From: Bacillota bacterium | GTDB lineage: Bacteria > Bacillota > Bacilli > Bacillales > Amphibacillaceae | DNA: 64,000 nucleotides | NCBI GenBank assembly: GCA_035303185.1 | Contig: DATGRX010000064.1 | Span: 2,539-66,538, forward strand | Direction: 5' to 3' | Position numbers and translations under genes: made by a program | Notes under the pieces: model-generated | Database searches by the model: none | The model's input: only the letters and a program-made list of their open reading frames with translations | What the model was told of the DNA's origin: nothing | In this document: one piece after another, positions 34,051 through 46,120 of the stretch | Position numbering within the stretch: position 1 is the stretch's first letter | How the letters are laid out: the number at the start of each line of letters is the position of its first letter

Positions 34051-34713
34051 ATGGGAAAATTAGAAAAAGCAGTCCAATTTCTTCAAGACAATGATTATGA
34101 AAAAGCTACTAAATTACTCGTTAAATATATTGAAGAACATCCTGAAGATCCGATTGGATATATTAATTTAGGTCAAATTTTTATACGAACAAATAAATAT
34201 GATGACGCTGAAAAATTACTACAAAAGGCGATTGAATTAGACGATCAAACTCCAACGGCTTATTATGCACTAGGCAATAACTTTTATGAACAGGAAAAGT
34301 ATACTAAAGCACAAAAACAATATGAAAAAGCAATTCAGATGGGCCTAGAAGATAGTGATGTTTACTATATGTTAGGTTTAACGTTAAATAAACAAGGCAG
34401 ATTAGTTTTAGCCATACCATATTTATTACGCGCAGTTGAGTTATCACCAGAAGATATCGAAAAACATTTTCAATATGGGCTCACCTTAGCAAAGGCAAAT
34501 TATATAGAGGAAGCTGAAAAGATTTTCAGGAAAATTATTGAGCTAGACGAAACTCATACAGATGCATTGTTTAATTTAGGTGTCGTTCATTTTAATCGTG
34601 GTGAATTACAGACGAGTCTTTCATATTTTAAAAAAACATTATCAATAGATCCGGATCATAATTTAGCTAGAGCTGGCCTGCAAAATGTAGATAACATATT
34701 AGAAGAATCTTAA
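34051..34713 (+). CDS. yrrB: Tetratricopeptide repeat protein (YrrB)
   Basis: Tandem TPR patterns (GYINLG, AYYALG, YYMLG, ALFNLG); lies between mnmA and recD2. Confidence 0.85.
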   Translation: MGKLEKAVQFLQDNDYEKATKLLVKYIEEHPEDPIGYINLGQIFIRTNKYDDAEKLLQKAIELDDQTPTAYYALGNNFYEQEKYTKAQKQYEKAIQMGLEDSDVYYMLGLTLNKQGRLVLAIPYLLRAVELSPEDIEKHFQYGLTLAKANYIEEAEKIFRKIIELDETHTDALFNLGVVHFNRGELQTSLSYFKKTLSIDPDHNLARAGLQNVDNILEES

Positions 34714-34725
34714 TTTTAAAGAGGT

Positions 34726-37029
34726 ATGCATATGGGAAAAGAGATGCAAACACAAGAAGATAGTTATTTCATTGGAGAGCTCCTCTTCGTTATTTTTCAA
34801 AACGAACAGGAGCATTTTACCATTGCTAATTTTAAGGTAATCGATACGAATGAAGAGTTCCCGGAAGAGGAAATCGTAGCAAAAGGACACTTCACAAACT
34901 TAAATATGAATACTTCTTATGTTTTTTATGGCGAAATTGTTCATCATCCACAATATGGGATGCAATATGACGTTCACGCCTATGAACTTTATATTCCTGA
35001 TGATCGAACAGGACTAATAAATTATTTATCAAGTGATTTATTTTATGGTGTAGGAAAGAAAACTGCCGAAAGAATTGTTGATAAGTTAGGTACAAAAGCC
35101 ATTCAAAAAATTATTGAACAACCAAATCTACTAGATGAAATACCACATTTAAATGTTAAAGCTAAGACAAGTTTAGTTGATACACTTATTAAAAATCAAG
35201 GTTTTGAAAATATTGTTACAAATTTATCCCAGTACAATATAGGCTTAAAAATGAGTCAAAAGATTTTTGAACAATTTAAGGAAGAAGCGTTTGAATTCAT
35301 TCAAAATGATCCTTATCAATTTGTTTTTACAATCGAAGGTTTCGGCTTTCAAACAGCCGATCGAATCGCCTTTCATCAAGGTCTTTCACCTGTTCATGAA
35401 AATCGAATCGGTGCGGGTTGTATTTACGTTTTACAACAGAGTACGAAAGATGGACACGTGTATATACCTATGAAACAATGTATCCGTTCAGTTTATCAGT
35501 TGTTAGACACACAGGAATTAACAGAAAATATGATTAAAGAGCGGTTAAAACAACTAGCCGAAGAAGATTATGTTGTTATTGAAGAGGATCATGTATACTT
35601 ACCTTCATTATACTATGCCGAACAAGGTGTCATTTTACATTTAGAACGAATGTTGTCTCAAGAAGTGGAAACAGATATACCAAAGACAGATTTGATGAAA
35701 ATTATTGGTGATATTGAAGAGGAAGAAGAAATTAATTACGACACTGATCAGTTTGAAGCCATTCAAAAAGCTCTCCATGAAAAAATGATGATTTTAACGG
35801 GTGGTCCAGGTACTGGGAAAACAACAATCATCAAAGGTATATTAAAAGCTTATGCTAAATTTCATGAATTGCCTTATTACTATGAACAATACAAAGATAA
35901 GCAAGATTATCCATTTATTTTAGCTGCTCCAACTGGTCGGGCTGCTAAGCGTCTCGAACAATCAACAGGTCTTCCAGCTACGACGATTCATAGATTACTA
36001 GGCTGGAATGGGGAAGACTTATTCGAAAAAAATGAGTATGAACAATTAGAAGGTCAATTTTTAATTATTGATGAATTCTCCATGGTTGATATATGGTTAG
36101 CGAACCACTTATTAAAAGCGATCCCTAATGATATGCAAATTTTATTCGTTGGAGATCATGATCAACTTCCTAGTGTCGGTCCTGGTCAGGTTCTTACAGA
36201 TATGATTCAAAGTGAGCGAATTCCCGTCGTACGTTTAGAAAATGTTTTCCGTCAACAGAAGGGATCAAAAATTATAGAACTAGCCCATGACATAAAAAAT
36301 GATCAGTTCACTAAAGATGTGCTTGTCAATGATGCGGATTTTAGTTTTATTCCTTGCTTACAACATCAAGTCATCGATGTCATTGAACAAATCTTTCACC
36401 ACGCAAAAAAGAAAGGCATTAATTTACTAGATATTCAAGTACTAGCTCCGATGTATCGATCAGAAGCTGGGATTAATAAAATAAATGAAAATTTACAACA
36501 AATCGTCAATCCAAGACAACATGGAAAAAGGGAAAAGAAAATTTTTGATGTTACGTATCGGATCAATGATAAGGTTATTCAATTAGTTAATCAGCCAGAA
36601 GACGGTGTGTCTAATGGGGACATTGGTGAAATTGTTGCGATCTTTGAAAAAAATGAAACAACTGAAAAAAAGGAACAAATTGTCATAAAATTTGACGAAA
36701 AAGAAGTCGTCTATTATCGAAGTGATTTTAAAAATTTTATGCATGCCTATTGCATATCGATTCATAAGGCACAGGGAAGTGAATTTCCAATCGTCGTTTT
36801 ACCTATTGTTTCCCGATATAGCCATATGCTTCGAAAAAATTTAATTTATACAGGTATCACACGAGCTGCATCTACATTAATAATTTGTGGAGAAAAAACA
36901 GCTTTAGAACGTGGCATTCAAACAGTCGATACTAACAATAGAAATTCAGCATTGCTACACAAGTTATCAAGAATTGCAAAGCCTTTAGAAAATGATGCTG
37001 AAATCTCCCCATATGATTTTTTAGAATAA
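34726..37029 (+). CDS. recD2: RecD2 ATP-dependent helicase (YrrC)
   Basis: TGGPGTGKT, APTGRAAKR, IIDEFSM, GD..QLPSVGPG, HKAQGSEF, YTGITRA. Confidence 0.96.
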   Translation: MHMGKEMQTQEDSYFIGELLFVIFQNEQEHFTIANFKVIDTNEEFPEEEIVAKGHFTNLNMNTSYVFYGEIVHHPQYGMQYDVHAYELYIPDDRTGLINYLSSDLFYGVGKKTAERIVDKLGTKAIQKIIEQPNLLDEIPHLNVKAKTSLVDTLIKNQGFENIVTNLSQYNIGLKMSQKIFEQFKEEAFEFIQNDPYQFVFTIEGFGFQTADRIAFHQGLSPVHENRIGAGCIYVLQQSTKDGHVYIPMKQCIRSVYQLLDTQELTENMIKERLKQLAEEDYVVIEEDHVYLPSLYYAEQGVILHLERMLSQEVETDIPKTDLMKIIGDIEEEEEINYDTDQFEAIQKALHEKMMILTGGPGTGKTTIIKGILKAYAKFHELPYYYEQYKDKQDYPFILAAPTGRAAKRLEQSTGLPATTIHRLLGWNGEDLFEKNEYEQLEGQFLIIDEFSMVDIWLANHLLKAIPNDMQILFVGDHDQLPSVGPGQVLTDMIQSERIPVVRLENVFRQQKGSKIIELAHDIKNDQFTKDVLVNDADFSFIPCLQHQVIDVIEQIFHHAKKKGINLLDIQVLAPMYRSEAGINKINENLQQIVNPRQHGKREKKIFDVTYRINDKVIQLVNQPEDGVSNGDIGEIVAIFEKNETTEKKEQIVIKFDEKEVVYYRSDFKNFMHAYCISIHKAQGSEFPIVVLPIVSRYSHMLRKNLIYTGITRAASTLIICGEKTALERGIQTVDTNNRNSALLHKLSRIAKPLENDAEISPYDFLE

Positions 37030-37098
37030 TTAAAGATTGATTCTTATCTTTTAGGAAACAATAGTAACATAGCGAAAGAACTAAAGGAGCTCTTTGTT

Positions 37099-38175
37099 AT
37101 GTTACGAAAGTATATGGTAGAAGTGTTTGTTTGGCTCATCATTATTTTAATGTCTTTTTTAACATTATTCATCCTTGTTAAATTATTTCCCTATTATCAA
37201 AAGCTCATTCGAAGTATGGGTAAAATCATTTTACCATTTATGATCTCGGGCTTAATTGCTTATTTACTTTATCCAGTTAAAGAAGCAATCAAATCGTTGC
37301 GTGTACAAACAAGCTTAGCGATTATTATTATTTATTTGTTTATCATTGGTACAATTGGTTTATTTATCATTCATTCCTTACCAAAATTAATCATTCAAAT
37401 GCAAGAATTAAATGAACATTTGCCAGAATTATTCCAACAATACGATGATTTTATGACTAAAATATATAATTCAACCGATGTAATGCCAGAACCTATTCAT
37501 GAACATGTAAATACTTTGTTTCAAAAGATTGAAGCAAAAATTGAGCACTTTTTACAAATTGTCATTGAAAGGTTAACGAATATTTTCGATATAATAGTTG
37601 TCATCGCCGTTACCCCGGTTTTAGTTTTTTATATGTTGAAAGATTTTGAGCAAATAAAAGGATTTGTAAAAAAAGTAGTGCCTAAAAAATATCACAAAAG
37701 ATTTTATTTAATTGCTCGAGCAACGGACGACAGCCTCGGTAATTATATTCGAGGGCAATTTATTGTTTGTTTATTTGTTGGCTTATCAAGTTGGATAGCT
37801 TTTGAAATTATAAATCTTAATTATGCTGTCTTTCTTGCTGTTATTATGGGACTAATGAATATTATTCCTTATTTTGGTCCATTATTAGGAACAGTGCCTG
37901 CTGTTGCTATTGCTGCCACTCAGTCAAGTGAGCTCATTTTATTTGTAATTATTGCAGCAATTATCGTTCAATTATTGGAAAACAATTTACTATCCCCGTT
38001 TATCGTTGGAAAAAGTGTCAATATTCATCCGATTGGAATTATTCTTGCTTTATTAATTGGTGGACAAGTGGCAGGAGTCATTGGAATGGTTGTCGTTGTT
38101 CCTTTTGTTACGATATGTCGGAGAATTTATCATGTAATTAAGTATGATAAAGAAAATCCATTGACATATGAATAA
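37099..38175 (+). CDS. yrrI: AI-2E family transporter (YrrI)
   Basis: YIRGQ, NIIPYFGP, QLLENNLLSP, IHP motifs. Confidence 0.9.
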   Translation: MLRKYMVEVFVWLIIILMSFLTLFILVKLFPYYQKLIRSMGKIILPFMISGLIAYLLYPVKEAIKSLRVQTSLAIIIIYLFIIGTIGLFIIHSLPKLIIQMQELNEHLPELFQQYDDFMTKIYNSTDVMPEPIHEHVNTLFQKIEAKIEHFLQIVIERLTNIFDIIVVIAVTPVLVFYMLKDFEQIKGFVKKVVPKKYHKRFYLIARATDDSLGNYIRGQFIVCLFVGLSSWIAFEIINLNYAVFLAVIMGLMNIIPYFGPLLGTVPAVAIAATQSSELILFVIIAAIIVQLLENNLLSPFIVGKSVNIHPIGIILALLIGGQVAGVIGMVVVVPFVTICRRIYHVIKYDKENPLTYE

Positions 38176-38189
38176 TCTTTACTTATACT
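38161..38189 (+). promoter_or_regulatory. SigA promoter of the alaS leader
   Basis: TTGACA-17 bp-TATACT. Confidence 0.8.
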
Positions 38190-38208
38190 TAATTTTAATA
38201 AAACAATA

Positions 38209-38424
38209 CGTTGAAAGTTATGAGTATATGGAACTCCATTTTCAGAGAGGAACTTTCTTAGGCTGGAAAAAGTTCTAAATGAGAGCCATAGAAGCTAAAC
38301 TGGAGTGCGAAAAAAATTCGCCGGTTTCAAACCGTTACAATGGATAAAGTGATGGCTATGCCATAATTAGGGTGGTACCGCGAATAATCTCGTCCCTGCA
38401 TATTGCAGAGAGGAGATTTTTTAT
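38209..38424 (+). promoter_or_regulatory. T-box riboswitch (Ala, GCU specifier) upstream of alaS
   Basis: AGAGA bulge, GGCTGGAA loop, GAA-GCT-A specifier (GCT at 38294-38296), AGGGTGGTACCGCG T-box, terminator with T tract. Confidence 0.92.
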
Positions 38425-38461
38425 TTGGACATAATGAAATAAATATTTTGGAGGGATATTG

Positions 38462-41092
38462 ATGAAACACCTTTCATCTACTGAAATACGGAATATGTTT
38501 TTGCAATTTTTTAAAGAGAAGGACCATGATGTAGAACCTAGTGCTCCGCTCGTTCCAATTGATGATCCTTCATTACTTTGGATAAACAGTGGAGTAGCTA
38601 CGTTAAAAAAGTATTTTGATGGTACAATTGTTCCTAAAAATCCCAAAATTACAAATGCTCAAAAAGCTATTCGAACAAATGATATTGAAAATGTTGGTTA
38701 TACCGCAAGACATCATACTTTTTTTGAAATGTTAGGTAATTTTTCGATAGGGGATTACTTTAAAAAAGAAGCTATTGAATATGCCTGGGAATTTTTAACA
38801 AGCGAAAAATGGCTAAACTTTGACAAGGAGCGGTTATCTGTTACAGTTCATCCGGAAGACGATGAAGCCTATGATATTTGGTTAAAAGACATTCAAATTC
38901 CAGAGGAGCGCATCATTCGTTTAGAAGAAAACTTTTGGGATATTGGTGAGGGGCCAAGTGGACCAAACACAGAAATCTTCTATGATCGTGGACCGGAATA
39001 TGGAGATGACCCAAAGGATCCTGAACTTTATCCAGGTGGAGAAAATGAAAGATATTTAGAAGTGTGGAATTTAGTGTTTTCACAATTTAACCATAATCCA
39101 GACGGTACATACACACCACTACCAAACAAAAATATTGATACAGGCTTAGGCTTAGAAAGGCTCGTTTCAATTATTCAAGATACACCAACAAATTTTGAAA
39201 CGGATTTATTCATGCCGATTATAAAACATATTGAAAAGCATACTAATGTTCGCTATGGGGATAATGCTGAGACAGATACAGCATTTAAAGTAATCGCAGA
39301 TCACATAAGGACAGTTGCTTTTGCTATCGGTGATAAGGCCTTACCGTCCAATGAAGGTAGAGGATATGTTTTAAGAAGATTAATCCGTAGAGCGATTCGG
39401 TTTGCAAAGGTTCTAGAAATCGATGAGCCCTTTATGTATGAACTAGTAGATACAGTTGGAAACATCATGAAAGATTATTATCCTGAGGTTACAGAAAATA
39501 AGGAGCATATAGCTACAGTCATTAAAAATGAAGAAGAGCGTTTCCATGAAACATTGAATGATGGACTAGCTATGTTAAAACAAATTATAGAAAAAGAAAA
39601 AGAAAAAAAGAGTACTGTATTTCCAGGCGAACAAGTATTTAAACTTTATGATACGTATGGATTTCCAAAAGAATTAACAGAAGAATATGTAGCCGAATAT
39701 GGGTTTACGATCGACCAAGAAGGTTTCGAAAAAGAGATGGAAAAACAGCGAACAAGAGCTCGAAAAGCCCGAGCAGAAGTCCATTCAATGGGTGTTCAAA
39801 CAACATTATTAAATGAATATGAAGAACAAAGTGAATTTGTTGGTTATCATTCTTTTGAAACAGAAACAAAAATTGTACGGATTATTAAAGATAGTCAATT
39901 TGTAGATTTTGCATCTACCGAAGATGAAGTTATTATTATTTTAGAAGCGACACCCTTTTATGCTGAAAGTGGTGGTCAAATTGCAGATACAGGTACTTTA
40001 TCGACAGCAGATGCAGAAGTTATGATTTCAGATGTAAACAGTGCACCTCATGGACAACATTTGCATTATGGTACGATTACAAGAGGAAATATTAAAGTAG
40101 GCGAAACCGTACAGGCGAAAATCAATGAAGAAAATAGAATAGATATTATTAAAAATCACACAGCCACTCACTTATTACATCAAGCTCTAAAAGATGTTTT
40201 AGGTGCTCATGTGAATCAAGCGGGTTCTTTCGTCGCAGAAGAACGACTACGGTTTGATTTCTCACACTTCCATGCAGTAACTAATGAAGAATTAGAACAA
40301 ATCGAACAAAAAGTGAATGAAAAAATTTGGGAGTCGATTTCTTTAAAGATTGAACATATGGAAAAGGAACAAGCAGAGGCGATCGGTGCGATGGCACTAT
40401 TTGGTGAAAAATATGATGACATCGTCCGGGTCGTTATGATTGATGATTACAGTATTGAATTATGCGGAGGATGCCACGTTGAAAATACTTCTGAAATTGG
40501 AATTTTTAAAATTTTATCTGAAACAGGTATCGGTGCTGGAACACGAAGAATCGAGGCCGTTACAGGAAAGTATGCTTATGAATTTATGAATGAAAAAGTG
40601 CAAATGTTAGAAGATATATCTAAAGATTTAAATTCAAGCGTTGATCAGGTGAAAAACAGGATAACTGACTTACAACAACAAATCAAACAATTAGAAAAAG
40701 AAAACGAATCATTATCAGATCAACTTTCAAATATTGAAGCAAAATCATTGGTTAATCGAACAGAAGAAATTAATGGTATTCAAGTATTAGCGGAACGTGT
40801 AAATGTAAGTAACATGAATCAACTGCGTTCAATGTTAGATGAGATGAGAGAAGTTGTCCCATCGGGTATTATATTACTCGCAGCGGAGAATAATAATAAA
40901 GTACAGCTCGTGGCAGGTGTTTCTGATGATCTCGTTGAAGAGGGGTACCATGCTGGTAAATTAATTAAACAAGCTGCTGAAATATGTGGTGGCGGCGGTG
41001 GTGGTCGACCGAATATGGCTCAAGCCGGTGGAAACAATCCAGAAAAAATTACTGAAGCATTAAATTTCGTTAAAAACTATCTAAAAGAATAA
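38462..41092 (+). CDS. alaS: Alanine--tRNA ligase
   Basis: [22 protein letters not shown], editing motifs HTATH and ELCGGCH, GGGGRP. Confidence 0.98.
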   Translation: MKHLSSTEIRNMFLQFFKEKDHDVEPSAPLVPIDDPSLLWINSGVATLKKYFDGTIVPKNPKITNAQKAIRTNDIENVGYTARHHTFFEMLGNFSIGDYFKKEAIEYAWEFLTSEKWLNFDKERLSVTVHPEDDEAYDIWLKDIQIPEERIIRLEENFWDIGEGPSGPNTEIFYDRGPEYGDDPKDPELYPGGENERYLEVWNLVFSQFNHNPDGTYTPLPNKNIDTGLGLERLVSIIQDTPTNFETDLFMPIIKHIEKHTNVRYGDNAETDTAFKVIADHIRTVAFAIGDKALPSNEGRGYVLRRLIRRAIRFAKVLEIDEPFMYELVDTVGNIMKDYYPEVTENKEHIATVIKNEEERFHETLNDGLAMLKQIIEKEKEKKSTVFPGEQVFKLYDTYGFPKELTEEYVAEYGFTIDQEGFEKEMEKQRTRARKARAEVHSMGVQTTLLNEYEEQSEFVGYHSFETETKIVRIIKDSQFVDFASTEDEVIIILEATPFYAESGGQIADTGTLSTADAEVMISDVNSAPHGQHLHYGTITRGNIKVGETVQAKINEENRIDIIKNHTATHLLHQALKDVLGAHVNQAGSFVAEERLRFDFSHFHAVTNEELEQIEQKVNEKIWESISLKIEHMEKEQAEAIGAMALFGEKYDDIVRVVMIDDYSIELCGGCHVENTSEIGIFKILSETGIGAGTRRIEAVTGKYAYEFMNEKVQMLEDISKDLNSSVDQVKNRITDLQQQIKQLEKENESLSDQLSNIEAKSLVNRTEEINGIQVLAERVNVSNMNQLRSMLDEMREVVPSGIILLAAENNNKVQLVAGVSDDLVEEGYHAGKLIKQAAEICGGGGGGRPNMAQAGGNNPEKITEALNFVKNYLKE

Positions 41093-41184
41093 TTTTACGA
41101 TAAATTAATAAATTTCAATATTAATTAAAGATGAAACGTGATAGAATAGACAGTATAAGAAATTATATAAAGTGGGGTGGAACA

Positions 41185-41451
41185 ATGAGTTCTACAGATA
41201 AAACAATGAAATTTAACTTTTCAGAAGAACCGTTTGATCAAGATATAAAAGAAATTTTATTTACGGTGCATGGTGCTCTTCGTGAGAAAGGGTACAATCC
41301 AATAAATCAAATCGTAGGTTATTTATTATCTGGAGATCCGGCTTACATTCCACGGTATAAAGATGCTCGAAATCTAATCCGTAAAGTCGAACGGGATGAA
41401 GTTATAGAAGAGGTAGTCACTTATTATTTACAACAACATAAAGGTGAATAA
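41185..41451 (+). CDS. yrzL: IreB/ReoM family regulatory phosphoprotein (YrzL)
   Basis: [29 protein letters not shown]; ATG at 41185. Confidence 0.95.
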   Translation: MSSTDKTMKFNFSEEPFDQDIKEILFTVHGALREKGYNPINQIVGYLLSGDPAYIPRYKDARNLIRKVERDEVIEEVVTYYLQQHKGE

Positions 41452-41877
41452 ATGAAAACTTTAGGTTTAGATGTAGGTTCAAAAACAATCGGAGTAGCCG
41501 TTAGCGATCCTTTTGGATGGACAGCCCAAGGATTAACAACGATTAGATGGAATGAAGAAAATATTCATTCAGCCGATGATCAATTAGGAGACATTATTGA
41601 AGAACACTCCATTAAAAAGATAGTGATCGGACTTCCAAAAAATATGGATGGTTCAATTGGAGAACGCGGCGAAGCATCACAAATCTTTGCAAAACATATC
41701 GAATCTACCCATAATATTCCTACGATCCTATGGGATGAACGATTATCTACTGTTGCTGCAGAACAGACGTTGTTAGAAGCTGATGTAAGTAGACAAAAAC
41801 GGCGAAAAGTGATTGATAAAGTTGCAGCAGTTATGATTTTACAAACGTATTTGGATTCTTTACCAAAGGAGGGCTAA
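41452..41877 (+). CDS. ruvX: YqgF/RuvX pre-16S rRNA nuclease (YrrK)
   Basis: [37 protein letters not shown]. Confidence 0.95.
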   Translation: MKTLGLDVGSKTIGVAVSDPFGWTAQGLTTIRWNEENIHSADDQLGDIIEEHSIKKIVIGLPKNMDGSIGERGEASQIFAKHIESTHNIPTILWDERLSTVAAEQTLLEADVSRQKRRKVIDKVAAVMILQTYLDSLPKEG

Positions 41878-41880
41878 CCG

Positions 41881-42165
41881 ATGGGATTTGACGTGGGTGA
41901 GAAAATCATCATCCCAGATGAAAATGGAGAAGAACATTTATTTGAAACACTCTTTACTTTTACTGTAGATGAAACAAACCATTCATATATCGCTTTAGTT
42001 CCTTTTGAACAAAAAGATGAAGATGAAGTGGAGGTTTATGCATTTCGGTATGAAGAGGGTAGTAAAGATGATGATTTAACATTATATGAAATAGAGTCTG
42101 ATGAAGAGTGGGAACTCGTAGAAGAAATGCTCCATACAGTCGCCGAAGAAGATGAATTAAACTAA
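41881..42165 (+). CDS. yrzB: DUF1292 protein (YrzB)
   Basis: Acidic; DENGEE.LF and IESDEEWE motifs; synteny. Confidence 0.88.
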   Translation: MGFDVGEKIIIPDENGEEHLFETLFTFTVDETNHSYIALVPFEQKDEDEVEVYAFRYEEGSKDDDLTLYEIESDEEWELVEEMLHTVAEEDELN

Positions 42166-42277
42166 ATACAAAAATAAGAGTTGATATCTGAGCAAAGATA
42201 TCAACTTTTGTTTTGTCAAAGAATAGATTATTTGAAAAGATTTTAGTATAATATATCAGACGATAGGAGGGAGAGAA

Positions 42278-43393
42278 ATGTCAAACGATAAAAAGAATAA
42301 CTATCGTGAAAATGTCATAAAAAGAAGTGAAGAAGCAAGAGTAGTTAGAAGAATTGTTTTAGTAGCTATTTTATTAATTACACTTATCCTAGCCTATATA
42401 GGTTATTCAGCATATAGTTACATTAATTCCTCACTTCAACCTGTAGATCCTAATGATAAAACTCCAATTGAAGTAGAAATACCACTTGGTTCAACATCTT
42501 CTTCTATTAGTGAGATCCTTGAGCAAAATGGCATTATTAAAGATGCAAGAATCTTTCGCTTATATACAAAGCTTAAAAATGAATCTGATTTTCAAGCAGG
42601 TATGTATGAATTTACGAAAGCAGATAATTTTGATGAAATTATTGAAACATTAAAAAGTGGAAAAGTTGTTTTAGAGCCAGTACATATCGTCACTATTCCA
42701 GAAGGCAAATCCATTGAGGAAATTGCCGAATTATATGAAAATAATTTGGAAATTGACAAAGAAGACTTTTTAGATGTTGTCAATGATAAGGAATATATAA
42801 ATGAATTAATTGATGAATATAGTATTGTTTTAACAGAAGATATATTAGATTCTAATATTCATACACCTTTAGAAGGGTATTTATTCCCAGCTACATATGA
42901 ATTTTATGAAGAAAATCCTTCTGTAGAAACTGTTGTAGAAGCGATGTTAGATAAAACAGTAGAAGTCGTAAGTAATTATCAAAACGATATTTTAGATAAT
43001 GAATATTCTGTCCATGAAATATTTACTTTTGCCTCATTACTTGAAAAAGAATCAAGAAATAATGAAGAAAGAAAAATAATTGCAGGTGTATTTTATAATC
43101 GATTAGATATCGGTATGCCTTTACAAACAGATCCAACAGTACTTTATGCATTAGGGGAACATAAGGAACGAGTATTATACGAAGATTTAGAAGTCGACTC
43201 GCCATATAACACATATATTATTAATACACTACCAGTAGGTCCGATTGCTAATTTTGGCGTTAGTTCTTTAGAAGCAACGATAAATCCAGAGAAAACTGAT
43301 TATATGTACTTTTTACATGATCATGATGGAAATATTCATTATTCTGAAACAAATGAAGAACATGAACGATTAAAACAAGAATATAGAGACTAA
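42278..43393 (+). CDS. mltG: Endolytic transglycosylase MltG (YrrL)
   Basis: N-terminal TM; TIPEG, LEGYLFPATY, SLLEKE, LQTDPT, SPYNTY. Confidence 0.95.
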   Translation: MSNDKKNNYRENVIKRSEEARVVRRIVLVAILLITLILAYIGYSAYSYINSSLQPVDPNDKTPIEVEIPLGSTSSSISEILEQNGIIKDARIFRLYTKLKNESDFQAGMYEFTKADNFDEIIETLKSGKVVLEPVHIVTIPEGKSIEEIAELYENNLEIDKEDFLDVVNDKEYINELIDEYSIVLTEDILDSNIHTPLEGYLFPATYEFYEENPSVETVVEAMLDKTVEVVSNYQNDILDNEYSVHEIFTFASLLEKESRNNEERKIIAGVFYNRLDIGMPLQTDPTVLYALGEHKERVLYEDLEVDSPYNTYIINTLPVGPIANFGVSSLEATINPEKTDYMYFLHDHDGNIHYSETNEEHERLKQEYRD

Positions 43394-43420
43394 CACTTGA
43401 AGAAACGAGGGTTTTTAACG

Positions 43421-44068
43421 ATGCAAAATAAGCCTATCGTCATAGGTATCGCTGGAGGAAGTGGAAGTGGAAAAACATCTGTTACATATGAAGTGTGCAA
43501 ACGTTTTTCAAAAGATTCCATATTAGTAATTGAACAAGATAGTTATTACAAAGATCAAAGTGAGAAAACATTTTCAGAACGTTTGCTTACAAATTATGAT
43601 CACCCAGATGCCTTTGACAACGAATTGTTAATTAAACAACTAAAACAGCTAATGAATTATGAAACAATATTAAAACCTTCTTATGATTATAAACAACATA
43701 CGAGATCATCAAAAGTTACAAAGATCGATCCTAAAGATGTTATTATTTTAGAAGGAATACTAATTTTACATGACGAACAATTAATGGATTTAATGGATAT
43801 TAAAGTATTTATTGATACAGATGCAGATGTAAGGATTATTCGTAGAATTTCAAGAGATATAAAAGAACGAGGCCGGAATTTAGATTCAGTAATCGATCAA
43901 TATTTAAATTTTGTACGGCCAATGCATTTGCAATTTGTCGAACCATCTAAATATAATGCAGATATTATTATTCCAGAAGGTGGCGAAAACCATGTCGCGA
44001 TTGATATTATTGCAACAAAAATAGAACAATATATTGAACAACTACAAAAAAATATAAAAAATGTTTGA
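43421..44068 (+). CDS. udk: Uridine kinase
   Basis: [33 protein letters not shown]. Confidence 0.96.
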   Translation: MQNKPIVIGIAGGSGSGKTSVTYEVCKRFSKDSILVIEQDSYYKDQSEKTFSERLLTNYDHPDAFDNELLIKQLKQLMNYETILKPSYDYKQHTRSSKVTKIDPKDVIILEGILILHDEQLMDLMDIKVFIDTDADVRIIRRISRDIKERGRNLDSVIDQYLNFVRPMHLQFVEPSKYNADIIIPEGGENHVAIDIIATKIEQYIEQLQKNIKNV

Positions 44069-44177
44069 AATAATTTTCTTTTTCTGTCATAGTTAATTTT
44101 ACGTGTAACTATAGATACAAAAACAACCAATGTATGTTCACAATAAATATTATTAGTTAAATAAGGGAGTGTACGAA

Positions 44178-44654
44178 ATGACTACAGAAAAAAATTATTA
44201 CATGACTCAAGAAGGTATGCAGAAACTAGAAGAGGAACTTCATCTTTTAAAAACTGAAAAAAGGCAAGAAATCGTTGAAAGAATTAAAGTTGCGCGTGAT
44301 TTTGGTGACTTATCCGAGAACTCAGAATACGATTCTGCAAAAGAAGAACAAGCCTTTGTAGAAACTAGAATTGCACAAGTTGAGAAGATGATTAGAAATG
44401 CAAAGATAATTGAAAATAATGGTGAAAACCCTTCTGTTGTTTCTTTAGGTAAAACAGTAACCTTTAAAGAATTACCAGATGGAGATGAAGAGTCGTATAC
44501 AATTGTCGGAAGCGTTGAAGCGAATCCTTTTGAGGGGAAAATTTCAAATGACTCACCGATTGCAAAAAGTTTACTCGGTCATAAAGTAGATGATGAAGTA
44601 ACAGTAACAACTCCGGGCGGAGACATGCAGGTTAAAATCATTGAAGTTAAATAA
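44178..44654 (+). CDS. greA: Transcription elongation factor GreA
   Basis: [22 protein letters not shown]. Confidence 0.97.
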   Translation: MTTEKNYYMTQEGMQKLEEELHLLKTEKRQEIVERIKVARDFGDLSENSEYDSAKEEQAFVETRIAQVEKMIRNAKIIENNGENPSVVSLGKTVTFKELPDGDEESYTIVGSVEANPFEGKISNDSPIAKSLLGHKVDDEVTVTTPGGDMQVKIIEVK

Positions 44655-44655
44655 T

Positions 44656-44690
44656 AAAAGCGAAGGATTTTCCTTTCGCTTTTTTCTTTT
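44656..44690 (+). terminator. Intrinsic terminator after greA
   Basis: AAAAGCGAAGGA-TTT-TCCTTTCGCTTTT. Confidence 0.8.
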
Positions 44691-44755
44691 ATATTAAAAT
44701 GCATATTCATACACAAAAGCTCGTATAAATTGAATAATAATGAATTAAGGGATGT

Positions 44756-45397
44756 ATGAAAATGGCGAATTCAAGATTGGACAAGTATAATAAAAGAAGA
44801 AAAAACACGCAAATTTTAACAGCCTTAATACTGATAGGACTCGTTTTATTTGTTTTGTTAATTATGTTGTTGATTTTTAAAAATAGAGATGCGAAGGATT
44901 TTGTAAAGGAAAACAATAATGGAGAAATTAATAATGAATTCATTGAAGACGAACAGGATCAAAATAACAAAGATGATGATAAATCTGTAACGGAAAATGA
45001 ACAGTTAGAAAATGATGATGAAACAAATAACGAACTAAATGAAGAAAGCGAAGAAGAACAAATGATCCAAATGTATTCTGATGATGAAAATGTGATTTCA
45101 GCATTTTCAAAAAATTGGGATCCTATTGGTACAGAACAAAATGAGCCCCATGAAACGCAATTTAATAAACAATCGACAGATTGGAAAGAGATGGAACAAG
45201 CGATGAAAATAGCGACTGAATTAGATGAATTAATCATTTGGTGGCTCGGAAATGATGGAGATCAAAAGGCGGTTGGGACAGTTACCTCAATGGATCAAAA
45301 GAAAATATTTAGAGTATATTTGTCATGGATAACAAACGAAGGATGGCAACCAACTAAAGTAGAAGTGTTGCAAGAAAATGATATGCATTCAGACTAA
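44756..45397 (+). CDS. yrrS: YrrS/DUF1510 family membrane-anchored protein
   Basis: Basic N-terminus, TM, acidic linker; W.PIGTEQ, STDWKEM, WWLGN, GWQPTKVE. Confidence 0.85.
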   Translation: MKMANSRLDKYNKRRKNTQILTALILIGLVLFVLLIMLLIFKNRDAKDFVKENNNGEINNEFIEDEQDQNNKDDDKSVTENEQLENDDETNNELNEESEEEQMIQMYSDDENVISAFSKNWDPIGTEQNEPHETQFNKQSTDWKEMEQAMKIATELDELIIWWLGNDGDQKAVGTVTSMDQKKIFRVYLSWITNEGWQPTKVEVLQENDMHSD

Positions 45398-45418
45398 AAT
45401 GGAGGAGAGAGTAAATAG

Positions 45419-46120
45419 ATGACGATTGGAATTATTGCGGCAATGGATGAAGAAATTGTATATTTGAAAAATAAATTAACGATTACAAATGAAACTAAAA
45501 TTGCTCAGTCATTATTTATTGAAGGAGAATTAGCAGACAGAAAGGTCGTCCTACTAAAATCTGGTATTGGAAAAGTAAATGCAGCTATGTCAACGACAAT
45601 ATTACATGAAAAATTCAAACCAAATTTAGTCGTTAATACTGGTTCAGCTGGAGGATTGTCTCATCGATTAAGCGTAGGAGATATTGTTATTTCCTCAGAA
45701 GTTATTCATCACGATGTAGATGCAACTGTATTTAACTATGAATATGGCCAAGTCCCGGGAATGCCACATACTTATCATGCAAATGAAAGGTTGGTTCATC
45801 ATGCCAAACAAGTACTGAAAAAATTACAAATAAATGCATCAGTAGGGATGATTGGTACTGGTGATTCCTTTATGAGTGATGACAAATATGTTAAGTATAT
45901 CAAGGAAAAAATTCCATCTCTAATTGCGGCGGAGATGGAAGCAGCCAGCATCGCTCAAGTATGTTTTCAATATGGCACACCCTTTGTCATTATACGGGCG
46001 TTATCAGACATTGCAGGTAAGGATGCAAACATTTCCTTTGATGAATTTCTAGATACAGCTGCAAAAAATTCAACCCGTTTTATCATTGAGTTTGTAAAAT
46101 CAATGAATAGTTATGATTGA
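45419..46120 (+). CDS. mtnN: 5'-methylthioadenosine/SAH nucleosidase
   Basis: [39 protein letters not shown]. Confidence 0.96.
   Translation: MTIGIIAAMDEEIVYLKNKLTITNETKIAQSLFIEGELADRKVVLLKSGIGKVNAAMSTTILHEKFKPNLVVNTGSAGGLSHRLSVGDIVISSEVIHHDVDATVFNYEYGQVPGMPHTYHANERLVHHAKQVLKKLQINASVGMIGTGDSFMSDDKYVKYIKEKIPSLIAAEMEAASIAQVCFQYGTPFVIIRALSDIAGKDANISFDEFLDTAAKNSTRFIIEFVKSMNSYD

Noticed and set aside
38356-38646. 96-aa minus-strand ORF
   Set aside because: Antisense to the alaS T-box and the 5' end of alaS.
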